From NCBI GenBank assembly GCA_040954595.2, contig CM082595.2:2110635-2174634 (forward strand): DNA of 64,000 nt, read 5' to 3'. Under the pieces are notes generated by a model. It saw only the letters and a program-made list of their open reading frames with translations. It did no database searches and was not told the DNA's origin. The translations under genes were made by a program, and so were the position numbers. Shown in pieces: positions 1 to 13,000 of this stretch (positions within the stretch are counted from its first letter, which is position 1; each line of letters opens with the position of its first letter). This DNA comes from Balanoglossus misakiensis. Taxonomy: Eukaryota > Animalia > Hemichordata.

Positions 1-883
1 ATTTTCTGAACTCCACAAGACCCTGCAAGATCTCACTTAGCTAGGCCGTTCACATGGAAGAAAATTCTCATGTGACACAAGACAAACAACACCCATATCC
101 CATCTTGTTAAACACCACAAAAGTTCAAATTTTCTTTAAACTCTGCACCTTTTCTTGTTTCATACAAAGCTTGACTTGTATTACTCAGCTAGCAACCCAT
201 TACTACAATGTTTAACCAATTCTCATGAGATATACAGTGAGTGGAAAATCATGTATTCTTTAATAGAATATGTGCATATTTAAGGGAAGTCTCTTGAGTG
301 AACTCATTTGAACAAACATGGAAATATATGTCAAAAATGGGTTCATTATATTTGCTTATTATACAATGACTAGGTTACCCTCTTTGTGTTATGGTCTGAC
401 TTGTCAGCTATGAATTGTGTGGTCGGATGGATGCATATTTGAAGGGAATTGTGTGAGGATTTGCTACACATGAAATTTTTGTACTATTTCAGTAAGTGCT
501 TCAAAAGGAATGAATGAATGAATTAATAAATAAAATCTATTGAATCCAATGAGCTGATTTGTGAGTGTGAAGTGATGTAATTAGTCACCCCATTGCCCTG
601 GTGGTGTAAGGGTGTTTCCCGACCGTGTGTGGGATGGGAGGGACTGTGTAAAAACAAAAGACTGCGAATCTAAGATCGACGATGGCGCACTAACAACCAT
701 CATTAACGCTGTCTGCTAGTATTTTTCGGGATAAAATCCCCTTTTTCGTTAAGAATTGTCCAAGTTTTAATAGAACTGGCAACTTTCTTCTCATGTAGTC
801 AAGGAAACATGACAGTAGAAAAGAAAAGTAACGTAAAACTAATTATTATACTAACCAAACAACAAACAAACTAACAAGTGACC

Positions 884-894
884 CAAAATGGCGG
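884..894 (+). promoter_or_regulatory. YY1-type motif (CAAAATGGCGG) near the probable DIS3L2 transcription start; non-coding first exon probably ends at about 1007
   Basis: Motif match, followed by donor AG|GTAAGC at about 1008 and an acceptor at 1451, just before the ATG at 1472. Confidence 0.45.
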
Positions 895-1104
895 AACAGT
901 GTTCATAAACAAATGTCCGAGTACATGTTTTTTAATCTTCCGCTGGTACTTTTTATCTGCCTCTGAAAATTTTACGTGGAGCTGTTGAGTGACATATAGG
1001 CTTACAGGTAAGCACTTTATACTTGAACGTTTTTGGCTAAAAAGTGTGGACGTGCTATTTTTGACTGATGACCCCAAGTACCCTGTACATGTATCATGTA
1101 TAAG

Positions 1105-1138
1105 CTAGCCCTGCGTACAGGTCTGTACGCAGGGCTAG
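1105..1138. repeat. Perfect 16-bp inverted repeat (possible TIR-only MITE remnant)
   Basis: CTAGCCCTGCGTACAG-GT-CTGTACGCAGGGCTAG. Confidence 0.85.
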
Positions 1139-1471
1139 TCATCATCATGCTGTCATCATCAAATTTTGCATCAGAATACTTTCAAGTGATTGTGCAATCA
1201 ATGCTATATGCGGTCAGTGACGCAGTTGATCACGCAATACCCCGTATAAACGCAGAAATTCAACGAACAAGTGCTGACAGCAGAAATATAGTCGAATTCG
1301 AGCTGGGTTTTCTGGCTGGAAAGATATTCTAACAGTGTTCATATATCACCAGGCCAAGTCTGACAACATAGTGTATTTGAGTTGATTGCCACCGTTGTTG
1401 TAATTGTGTAACTGCATGCTAGTGTTGTCTGTTCTGTGCCCTGTACTCTAGGAATATTTTAACACCATACA

Positions 1472-4400
1472 ATGGCTGCTGTTTACAAAAGTGATGACGA
1501 ACCTGATGTAATTGTTGAAAAAGTTATCGTTGAAAACGGAGATGGTACTATTACAGAGGAGCAAATCAATACCCCTCAGTGCAATGAAAGTGGAGAGCAG
1601 CAAGGAGCTGAAGAAGAACCGGGTACTGGATCTGGAAAACGGAGGAGGAGGAATAGGGTGAGGAAAGAGAATTTTTGTTTCCTTATCCAATCTTGTGACT
1701 TGAGTTGTACTTGCTACCCTATGTCATATTTACTGCTGAAATATGACTCACGTATTAAGAAAATCATGCAGCTATCATTGATTGTGGAGTTGATACTTGG
1801 TCGTTAGTATATGTACAAAGTATGAAATCTCAAATTAACAAAGGAGGCCTTATGAAAATATGGTTTATTTATTATACTTTGCAGAGGAGAGGGAAGAAAA
1901 ATGCTGATATGAACATGTCGACTGACATTGGAGATCAAACAGGGCAAGGTCAAGGCCATCAAGGTGAAAGGCCATTGTCAGGTCAGGGTGCACGACCCAG
2001 ATCGGGGAGAAGAAATGACCCAGGTCAAGGTCAGCATGCGGGGTCACCACGCGGGCCTAGACCGGGTCAGAGTGGAAGACCAGATCAGTGGAATGGGTCA
2101 CCGCACACTCCAAGGAATCAGTATTATAGGGATAGTAGAAATGGACAGCAGACGTCTTCTCCAGGTTATACAGGATCCCCTTACAGCCCGCATGTACAGA
2201 ACCAGCAAAGACCAGGAAATACTCCAGGTAATGGACAAAGACAAAGAGGTACACCTGGTAGTGGGCAAAGATATAGAAATACACCTGGTAATAGACAACA
2301 GAGGAATACACCTGGTAACAGACAACACAGAAATACACCTGGTGATGGACAAAGACAAAGTGGTACACCTGGTGGTGGTACGCCTAGCTCAGGGAGAAAA
2401 CAAAATAGAAATGGCACACCTAAAAGATCAAAGAAGGTAGGAAGAGAATTGAATTTATTATCTTGTCAAAAATAACATTTTCAAATTCATGTTTTACAAT
2501 CTAATCCAATGTGGTTGACTTTTTCTTGGTGTTTCCACAGTTTGAACCATTTGAGTCATACATGTCTAAAGAAGATATCCAAGCAGGGCTTAAGAGATCT
2601 GAGCTAATCCAAGGAAGGATTAGAATTAATCCAAAGAGCTTTGAAGATTCATTCGTCAGTGATAAGGTAAGCAAACTATTTATTTGAGTTTCATGGGGTT
2701 AGATAACCACTCATTGGTCTAATGAAAGAGGTACTAACAATGTGCTAAGGTTATGTCAGCAATACAAAGTATTTGCACAAATAATTTCATGTTTACAGTT
2801 CTTGCCTCATTTTCTTTTTCAGGACAGCTATGCAGACATTCATATATTTGGTTTAAATGCCAGAAACAGGGCATTGGAAGGAGATGTTGTGGTGGTTAAG
2901 TTACTTCCAAAAGACCAGTGGAAGGTTGGTTGATTAAAATCAAATTGTCAAATCCTCAATAATGAAATACAATAGCCTCAGACTTGTTGATGTGTCATTT
3001 CAATATTTGCGGCAGTCTATGAAGCTGAGATGAGTTGACTAACTTCATCAATTTGCTCCACCATCCTATACTTCATGTTATTTATTTGTTACAGGTTATG
3101 AGACAAGAATATGAAGATTCCAAATCCTTAGAAACTTCTGTTGCAACTGGTCTGGCCAAGTTAAGGATTGACTCTGAGGTCGATGCCACTCAACAGGGTC
3201 CTGTGAATCCGTCACGAGAGGAAGGAGATCTAGACACCTCATGTACAGAGACTAAAGACACTGACCAGACAACTGACCAGACACATGAAGGAAGTGACCT
3301 TGTAGAACTTCTAGAGCCTGTTGCTAGGAAACTATTTACAGAAACTCTTGCCAAGCAACAAGGGGAAAGATCAGATAATGAGGACACGATTGAAGATATA
3401 CCAGAGAAATTTTTACAGAAACGAGGAAAAGTTGTCTATATTGTTGAAAAGAAACATTCCAGGGCTGCCACTGGGCATTTGAAACTGCTGACAGAAAAGG
3501 TAAGTTTAGGAAATTGAAAATGATGTGATGTGCAAATAGCCTGTGGTAACTTGCCATATCAACACATGCTTTCAAAAAAATCAGTTTTCTGGTTGTAAGG
3601 GACTGGACAATATTTTTGGTTAGACTGTTTGGTTGAGACAGGTTTTAGAGTATATGAACTCTAAAGCATTTGATTACTGGGCTGTTGTGTCAACCATTTT
3701 CATCTTCACGTTACATGAACACATAATTCCTATTACAAACATTTTTCTTCATTTTTCATGTGACAGGATGCAACAGACGCTCTGTTCTCACCCATTGATC
3801 ACAGACTTCCCAGAATTCGTGTTCCTCTCTCGGATTGTCCGGACGGTTTTGCAGAGAGACCTGGTGACTTTGCCAGTGTGCTGTTTGTTGGGAGAATTAC
3901 TGACTGGCCACAAGATTCAAGCTTTGCCAGAGGGTAAGAAAGTAATATTGGATTGAGATTATATTACTATAAATATGCCTATACACATGTGAAAGTCATT
4001 GCATAGATAGAATAAGTCTTATCAGATCTGTAGGTGTGACAGTCAAACCTGTGTTAGTGGCCACCTCTATCTAAACTGAGTCCCTTGAAAATGTGTAACT
4101 TTTAATAGCATTTTTTTCCATTTCATGCCTGTCACTGATTATCTAGGTCTTTGCATAAGAGTCTTGGTGAAGCTGGTGAGATAGAACCTGAGACAGAAGG
4201 CTTCCTGATTGAAAATGATGTGGACTTCTCAGAATTCTCTGACAAGGTAAGAATCGTTTGACATTATTGAGTTCAGACACAGTCACTCCTGTGGTTGGTT
4301 GAGAGCAGTATATTGGACAAGGCGCAGTCATTCAAGCAAGATCTGTACTGGAATGTTTCTTGTTCCCATTGCAGGCACTACAGTGTCTTCCAGACGTCAG

Positions 4401-7400
4401 CGCGGATAATCCATGGAAAATTCCAGACAGTGAATTGCAACGGAGACGGGATCTGAGAAAGCAGTGTATATTCACTATTGATCCATCAACTGCTAGGGAT
4501 TTGGACGATGCATTGTCTTGTAACCCACTGCCAGATGGTACCTATGAAGTTGGTGTTCACATTGCGGATGTCAGTTATTTCTTGAAGGAAGACACAGAGT
4601 TGGACAATGTTGCTTCGAATCGAGCCACAAGTGTGTATCTTGTACAGAAGGTAAGCAGAGAAAGTTGTCAACAGCCATATTGGTAGCTTCCTATTCCTAT
4701 ATATATGTATAAATCAAGTGTTTGACTCTCTGGGGAGACTTTTTATACCCCCTAAGTTACTGAAAAAGTAGGATGGGAACACCCTGTTTGCTCTGTATTT
4801 TTGTATTCAAAATTTATTAATATACATAATATATAAATGTGTGTCCTTTGTTGTAAAGTTTTGTAGTGACTACCCTTCCACTGATATTTATCCTCGGTTC
4901 TACAATTGTAGGTAATTCCTATGTTGCCTAGGTTACTGTGTGAGCAACTCTGCAGCTTAAACCCTGCTGAAGACAGACTGACATTTTCAGTTATTTGGAA
5001 ACTTTCTGAAGAAGGACAGGTAAGTTTTTGCATGCTTGTGTGATATTCAGAACTTAATTTGTTCATATTTAAATGTACAGCCGGCCAAAATCAGAGGTTG
5101 ATAAGTGTGTGTATACGCATCAGTTGGCTCATTTATTGTGGACTATTCTAGTGTGGAAGTAAATCATGAAAATAATGCAAAAATGGCAGCTGTTGGTGCT
5201 TAGTTTAATATGACTATATTTTTCATAATTATATTTCAGATTCTTGATGAGTGGGTGGGACGTTCAGTGATTCGTTCCTGTGTTAAGATGACTTATCAAC
5301 ACGCACAGAGAATAATCGAAAACCCAACCAAAGAATGGACATCTGAAGATTTGCCGCCAGTGACACAGAACCATAGCATAGCCAATATTGTGCAGTGTGT
5401 GCTCAATCTTAATAAGGTACCTAATGTAATAATTAACCAATGTATATTGTGCAGCTGAATGTCATATAATTTAAGCCATAGACTAATTTTATGAAATGGG
5501 AGAGCCACGTTATAATTTGATTTGCAAAACTCTCCATTTTTTACATTGTGGTGTTTTTATATTTCTGTCAAAATTGTTCTATGAATTGATAAATTTTTTC
5601 TGCGTACCAGATTGCTGTTAATCTCAGAAGACAACGTTTTGAAGACGGTGCCCTCAGACTTGATCAGCCTAAACTGTCATTTGCCATAGAGGGTTCTTCT
5701 GGGCTTCCAAATGGCTGCTCGGTTTACGAACAGCAAGACAGTAACAGGTGAGTGAGTGACGTTATTCTCTCAGATAGATCAAATAAAAAGTATAGTATTG
5801 TCGGGAAAATGAATTTTTGTATGAGCTTGACACTGAATTCGTTCTGCTTGTGTTCCTATATTTATTTTTAGATTAGTGGAAGAGTTCATGTTGCTGGCCA
5901 ATATGGCCGTCGCCCATCATATTTACCGAGCTTCACCAAAGAGGGCACTTCTCAGAAGACACCCAAAGCCCAAAACTAAGATGATTGATGATGTGGTCAG
6001 CATGTGTTCTAAACTTGGCATGTCGATCAATGCAGAGACAGCTGGATCTTTGCAGGTATGTTACAGGTCTCTTCAACTGCTTTGTGTTCCTGATGTTGAA
6101 ATCTTCTCCATTCCTATCCAGGATCTGTGCAGGAGCCCGTATCTCTGTTTGTCCTCCATATTCGTTTATTGAAGCTTCTCACCAATCTCTTGTCATTTTC
6201 ATGTCTGATCAAGGCCTCACTACGTGAATACCATGGCGACGATGCTCAATCCAATGGTCGATGTCAGATCTTAGTTCATCTGTGTTCCAAACCAATGCAG
6301 GTAAGTTGCATCTTGTTTTTACATACTCTCCTACTCCCCCTACACTCAGAGATCAGTGATACCCAGATACCCTTTACAGATCTGTGCCATTTATTTCAGA
6401 TGGCCAAGTATTTTTGCACTGGTTTCATCGACGAGGAAGCCCAGTATAGACACTATGCCTTGAATGTACCGTTCTACACACATTTCACGTCACCCATCAG
6501 AAGATATGCAGATGTAGTGGTCCACAGACTACTAGCCGAGTCACTCAGTAAGTGTCTTTGTAAATACTTGTACCAGTGTGTATGTATGTATGTATGTATG
6601 TGTTTGTGTGTGCATACATCAATACATGTACATGTACATGTATGTCCCAAACTTAGCTGGAAATGCCAATAATGTATTTTTCTGAAGCCAGTAAACATAT
6701 ATGGTATTCCTTGAAAGTTCAGATATCACTTTGAAAGTTTTTTTTGTAAAACAATGCTACTTGATTATCTTTTGTGTCAGAATGTGGACCTGAAGTGCAA
6801 GCAGATCTGATCAGTATCCAATCGCAGGCGGAACACTGCAATGATCGGAAAACAGCTGCTAAGAGAGTACAAGATTTGAGTATGGAGCTTTTCTTTGCTG
6901 TCTTCATCAAGGTAAAAACAGTCCCTCAGTATATTATAGCTCAAAAAATCCTCTGATGAAAGTGTAATAAAGCACAGCATGAAGTTATTGTCATGTCAAA
7001 CAAAAGTTATCAAACACAACTAGCTTACAATCAGTGCCAACAAGAAGTTGGTGAGACTTAATAGCACCATTTGCTGATAAAATTTTGTCCTGTGTAGCGG
7101 GGGAAGTTTCGTGTTTGATACAATCAGAAATCACATATGTATATCTTCACTCAACAGGAATGTGGTCCTATAGAAGAAGAAGGTATGGTTCTAGCAGTAC
7201 TGGACCATAGTGTTGATGTTTTGGTGTTGAAGTTTGGTGTTACTAAGCGAGTCTATTGCAATGTGAGTATATACAGCGATGGCATTATGAAGCTTGCTAT
7301 TACCAGGAAGTTTACTTTGGCTTTGAACAATACATTTACTACCAGTAGTAGTCAAGTACAGTGTAGAAGACAAGTGTGCTAAATGTATGTGTTCTGTGTT

Positions 7401-7868
7401 TCCATTGTATATCTTTTTGATGCCCATATCTGGATACTCCTGTAGGCTTTACAACTGAAGGATTACAAATTCCACAAGAACCACCAGAATCCGTCGCTGA
7501 CAATAATATGGGACACAGACGAGGATCATCCGAAACAGACAAATCAGACTTTGAGGATATTCTCACCCGTGAATGTTATCCTCTGTGCAGCTGATCAACC
7601 ACTGAAATATTCGGTAGGTATTTCACTCTAGCACAGTTCTGTGCTAGTTGATAATCCTTCTTCATGCTCTATAGATTCCATACAAGTATACATGTAGGTC
7701 ATGTCACCAGCGATTTTGTGCTGTTATATTCACGAAGGATCTGAGAAGTTTAAAGGTTGTCAGGGTTCTGTTACAAAACAGGATGAAAAGATTTGAAAAT
7801 GTGACTGTGATCATGTTCACATTTGTATTTTGCAGGCATTAATCAAGAGACCAGAGTCGGACGACTGA
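1472..7868 (+). CDS. DIS3L2: DIS3-like exonuclease 2 (RNB/RNase II family 3'-5' exoribonuclease), about 18 coding exons
   Basis: Spliced translation gives [45 protein letters not shown], catalytic [26 protein letters not shown] and [20 protein letters not shown]; no PIN domain. Approximate exons: 1472-1657, 1885-2436, 2541-2666, 2823-2924, 3095-3499, 3767-3933, 4148-4246, 4375-4650, 4912-5019, 5240-5416, 5611-5747, 5872-6056, 6224-6300, 6400-6547, 6781-6911, 7158-7262, 7446-7613, 7836-7868 ([10 protein letters not shown]). Confidence 0.95.
2218..2374 (+). repeat. Coding minisatellite (27-30 nt unit, core ACACCTGGT) encoding (N/G)TPG repeats in DIS3L2
   Basis: Core recurs at about 2221 (variant), 2251, 2281, 2308, 2335 and 2365. 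Confidence 0.85.
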
Positions 7869-8302
7869 TCAACTTGTAATGCAGTTCTGGAAAGAGGAGA
7901 CTTATATTTCGCATCCTCATCTTCAGGCATTGCGAGCTTTGTTATGTGTAGGGTAAAAATTCTGCATGGATGTGCATGGATAAAGGTAAATGCTAGATGC
8001 AACTTCAACCTTTGTTACAATTAAAGTAACAATGTTGGAGTCAGTGAGTTGACACTGAAGAAAGAGATTCTTTTCGTAAGTTTCCATCACCCGAAATTGT
8101 CCACTTTTACAGTATTAGACTGCTTACTACAGAAACTTTTATTCAGCACAAAATCTGAGTATAGTTAGCCTACATACCACAGATATCCAAATAGATATCA
8201 TAAATGTTGTATGTGTCGTCTTTTTATTGAATTAGTTTAGATGTTTAGGATAAAATCAAATTAGCAGTAAGTATTAATACACAGATACATTATAAAAGTC
8301 AA

Positions 8303-8558
8303 GTAATGAACCAATTTTGAATACCTTATTTTTGTTATTTTTTTCAGTACTGACATTGACTTTATATTTTAATTTTTATCATCTGAGATTTTACATTTCC
8401 TTATATTTTTATGATCAACTCTTACGTTATTGTAATGAACCAATTTTGAATTCCTTTATGTTTTTTATTTTTTGTTTTCCAATTTGACATGGACTTTATA
8501 TTTTAATTTTTGTCATCTATGATTTTACGTTTTCTGTTTTTTATGATCAACTCTTATG
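8303..8558. repeat. Diverged tandem duplication of about 129 bp (AT-rich) downstream of the DIS3L2 stop
   Basis: GTAATGAACCAATTTTGAAT...TTTATGATCAACTCTTA begins at 8303 and again at 8432. Confidence 0.8.
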
Positions 8559-10050
8559 TGAGACATTTATGATTTTTTTCCTATTTCTCTAATTATTAAC
8601 AAAATAATAATGGGATATTTACACTGATAAAATACACACAGTGAGAATAAATGTCAATTTAATTTGTTCCCGTGTAATTTTAATCAATATTTTAATTGTC
8701 TGTGTCTTTCAAAGACTTTCAAAGTGAGAGTAGGTAAATTAAAAGTGAAATCTCATGGCTATTTTTTTTCATTTACGGGACATTAAATTTTAGAAAGCAA
8801 CATGAACTGTTGAAGTCAGATTTTTAATGATTTAATACATTATGGTTTTAGCGAGAAAAAAATATAATATTCTAGATACATGTATGAGTAAAAGTACTGC
8901 AAAAAAATATAAAGTGCCAGTTTCTGTAAATACTTTCAATGTACGGTCTGAGGACTTCCTGAATTATCTATGGTGAGAAATGTGATTTTGAAAAACAAGT
9001 AGGAACACTGCCACCTTAAAATGTAAGATAATTTAGGATATACCATTTTAACGAGGGGCAATTCCAAGAAGATGATCAGGGGTTCTTCATGTTTGTTTAC
9101 TGTATAGTTTCATCAACAATCATTGCATTTTAACTCATTTTATGTACAATGAATATGCTAATTTGTGAAAGGCACAGTAGTGTATTACATGATGTAACTA
9201 GTTTTGCGTATCGATGAGATATTCATGTAAGTTTTACCCCATTGGGAATGTTAAAGGATAAGGTTTATCAAAGCAGCCTGTATGTGTGTCGTAAACATGA
9301 TTACTGTAGTTGTCATACAAGTGTCTTGACTTGGGACATTTTTCGAGGCATTAAACTCATTAGCATGATTGATATGCTGACAATCATTCATTGTACGCTT
9401 CTTGTGTTTTATTTGAAGACGACAGATCTGGTAACAGCTGAAGTTAACAGGCATGTAAACACATTAGAAAGAGATTGGTCTTTTTGAACTCGGAACATAT
9501 TTTTAGGATAACTAATCTGTCCATCTTCACACGTCAGGTGAGTCTCATGAAGTTCAGAAATGCATCAGCCTTTTCAAGTCTGATGGTCAAGATTCAGATT
9601 GTTTTGTTAAATGACCATCAGCTGTGCAGGGAGACAGTAACACATTTTCAAGTCAATTTTTCTAAATCAATCCTTTTATTAAAGACAAAAACTTTAACAC
9701 TTCAGGTACAACAAATTTTAGTGACACAGGAAAAACATTTGCAGAAATAGCTTTCCATTCAGATATTGGTCTCAATAAAAAATCAACAAAGAACTGAGAA
9801 AGTTTGATATTTTAGTTCATCATATTTCTGATGATCACAGCTCATGGGTCTTTTAGGGTTGAGAATACATGAAACTCAGATGTCAATACTCCAGTAATAT
9901 CATCCATGTTTGAACAGCTGGTTTATAAATACAAATCAAAAAATTCCTTTGTACAGATTCACACATTAAATATAACAAAAGTTTTTACAAGCCGTATGAA
10001 AATTTAACTCGAAAATTTTACAGAGGTTTTTAATACAAGATCTGGGAAAT

Positions 10051-13000
10051 TCATTCAGAGACCACCATGGCTCTTAGAAGAATGTTGTATCTCTCAGCAA
10101 TATCTCCTTTCATGTTCAATATGATGCTTGCTTCGACAGTGGCATTGGGCTGGAGGAAAGATCAGAATGTATTGAGAGAGTCAGTCATGCAAGTGATCAA
10201 GTTATAAATCTTCATGTCTTTCATATTTCAAAAGTAAACATAAAAACATCAGCCCAGTTACAAATTTAGAGGGAACTGGGGGTGAAAGGGTTAAGAATCA
10301 CAAGATTAGTGTAGATGACTTACATCATGTCCAGGTTGTGGTGTCCAAGTGAAATTGACAGTCTTTGTAGCGCCGGCTTCAACCATGCCTTTCTGTGTAT
10401 CTATCTGGAATCCTTTCGCTGTTATCATGTTGATATTATCAAAGATGAATTCTCCATTCTGCGGAGTAAACATATGAATGGATCGTGTTTATTACAAGTA
10501 AAATCATAATTTATTTGCAATTTTCTCCTTAGATGGTACAGGGCTGCCGACAGCTCACATGGCAATGATGAATGCAATAAGTGTTCCGATTAGATTAGAA
10601 ACTGAAGAGTTCGTCTGTGAGACAGTGATCATGGTCAAGTCTAGAACAAAAATACTTATGTCTGATGTGTGAGCGAGCAATTATATAAAAGACTTCCCGG
10701 CCACTTTGGAAACGTCTTTAATTATTCAGTAAGGTAAGGACTATTAATCTATTCTATTGGTCGGCTGCGTAGAATATTACAAAGTACCATTACCATTGTG
10801 TATTATAAATCCACACACACACTAAATACAACCTTAAACACAGTGTTACTGAGCATCAAATATGGTTGATGTGGGGTTGTGACTGTTAACATTATATGAC
10901 TCCTTCATAGATAGACTGAGTATAGATAAAATGAAATTGATGAACCATAGTACTATGACTCCCAGAAAGAAAAATCTACCCCTCACACTTGTGATATGAC
11001 TGTAATCTAACTCTTGGAATCAACAGGGAGAAACAAACTCGGACATGCAACGTGCTACGATAATTTGTTGTCAAATTCCTATCATGCAAATTTCAGTGTT
11101 GCATTGTCAAACTTCTGTACACCATGCAATACATTTTGATGAACAAGTTTACTTTACATTTTAAAATGTATCAGATAACTGAACCATGCATTTTTCTAGC
11201 CTCCAAATTTCTGACTTCAAATTCACAATGATCTATGCAACAGCATGCACCTGTTCAAGAATTTTCACCCTTTTTGAATGAGACTGCAAAATTGCCTCAA
11301 ATTTGAAATTCAAAATGGCCACCATCTCTGTGTTAACGCTATGGAGAAAATATAAAGTAGTGATTTGCATACGTCACAACATGCAAGGAGAGATTTCAAG
11401 TTTGTTAGTCATGCAACGTAAAACTTAACTGTAAACTGCACACACAAAATATCAAACCATGCATAAGGGATAGAGCAAACAAACACAATTAGTAATATTT
11501 TTTTCAGAGTTAGAGTACAGTCACACACATTGATTTTATTGTAATTTTTTTTACAATCAACCTTTTTCTGACTGACAGCCATAGTGCGTATGCACCCAAT
11601 TTCAATGGATCTATTTGCCGGTTGGTGTCCGTCTTCCGTGCCACTGCTCCGGAATGTCAGTAGAACCGGAACAGCTTGTGGTTTAGCCTCGCCTATCAGA
11701 GAATAAGATCATATCATTGGTCATTAGGTGAAAATGAGGATACCCATTTATACACACATCCTGGTCTTAGATGTTGTATGTGTCCACGAATGCTTATACT
11801 CCAAAGAATACATTTCTCCGCACACAAATTCTCACTTTCAAAGACCCCACTTCTCTTAACAAGAGTATCAGTATCCTGTCCGAGCAGAATCACTAATATT
11901 TCTTTCTACCAACAGCAATGTCTTGTCGATCGGGCAACCCTCCTGACAAAGGACTTAGAGACTGAAGACACAGAGACAATATTACCTTCTTCTTCCTCCG
12001 GCAATGGGCCAACAGCCAGCGACTCAACACACGGGGTGATCTCATCTCCCCCTACAACATACATGGTATGTTCCCTGGATTTACCAATCAGGTGAATGAC
12101 ATGTGACTCGTCCTGCCCAAATAAGGAAAGTCTGGCTCCGTCTGAGAAATAGTCACTGGCGTGGTCCGGTGAAAATGTCACCGTAATCTCTTGGTTACCA
12201 CCTGTCAATTAAACAGAAACAGATCAGTCCACTGATTTAAAGTCAAATTCAGCAAACATAAACCAGAATTGATAGAAAGAGTACATACCTGGTTCAATCG
12301 TTCCTTCAACTGGAGAGCAATCAAAGATACTCCTTCCGTTGAAATTCGCCGTTCCGACGAGCGATTTCCGATTCTGATCTCTCTTGATGAACAACGGCAA
12401 TCCTTGCTGGTCGATATGTTTAGTCAGCGATAGACTGTCCATCTTGATCGCATAGTCCACAGACAGTGACGATGTGTTCTCAATCTGATTTGGAAAGAAG
12501 GCATTTCTAAGTCAGGCAGAGATTGAGGACTTGAATGTTAGACTTTTAACACTAAAGGGAAATGATTCTTCAAACCTGGGCACAATGATGATAATACATG
12601 TATTTCCACAAATGTCCATTCATTCATATAATTCTCACCTTGAATGACTCCATATTCTCCTCTCCAGCCAGAACATAACCCATGTCCAAAAGGCCGTCCT
12701 GGACACTCAAGCTGACCTTTGGACTAACACCTTGACCTTGAAGGGTGATGGGCAAGGTTGATGTGGGACATCGGATCTCTAATACTTCGTAGAACTAAAA
12801 TAAAATTAGGAAGACTATTATTTCCCACTAGAACAAAGACGCAAGCGTAATGTTCAAAATCTAGAAATATCATATCAAAATGAATACTGGTAAGTTTCAT
12901 TGACGACAGGGGGTGGCTTACTGGTTATAATACTCACCACTTTGCCTTGTTTTGGTGTAAATGAAATCAACAATGTGTGAGTAGCATCGGGTTGCAATGG

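Noticed and set aside
1928-2440. 170-aa alternative-frame ORF and three antisense ORFs over the DIS3L2 repeat exon
   Set aside because: Expected by-product of a low-complexity repeat; starts at TTG and has no independent gene signals.
11030-11420. Intronic segment that looks like an interspersed repeat (AAATTCAAAATGGCCACCAT...)
   Set aside because: No second copy or clear termini within the window, so it cannot be supported.
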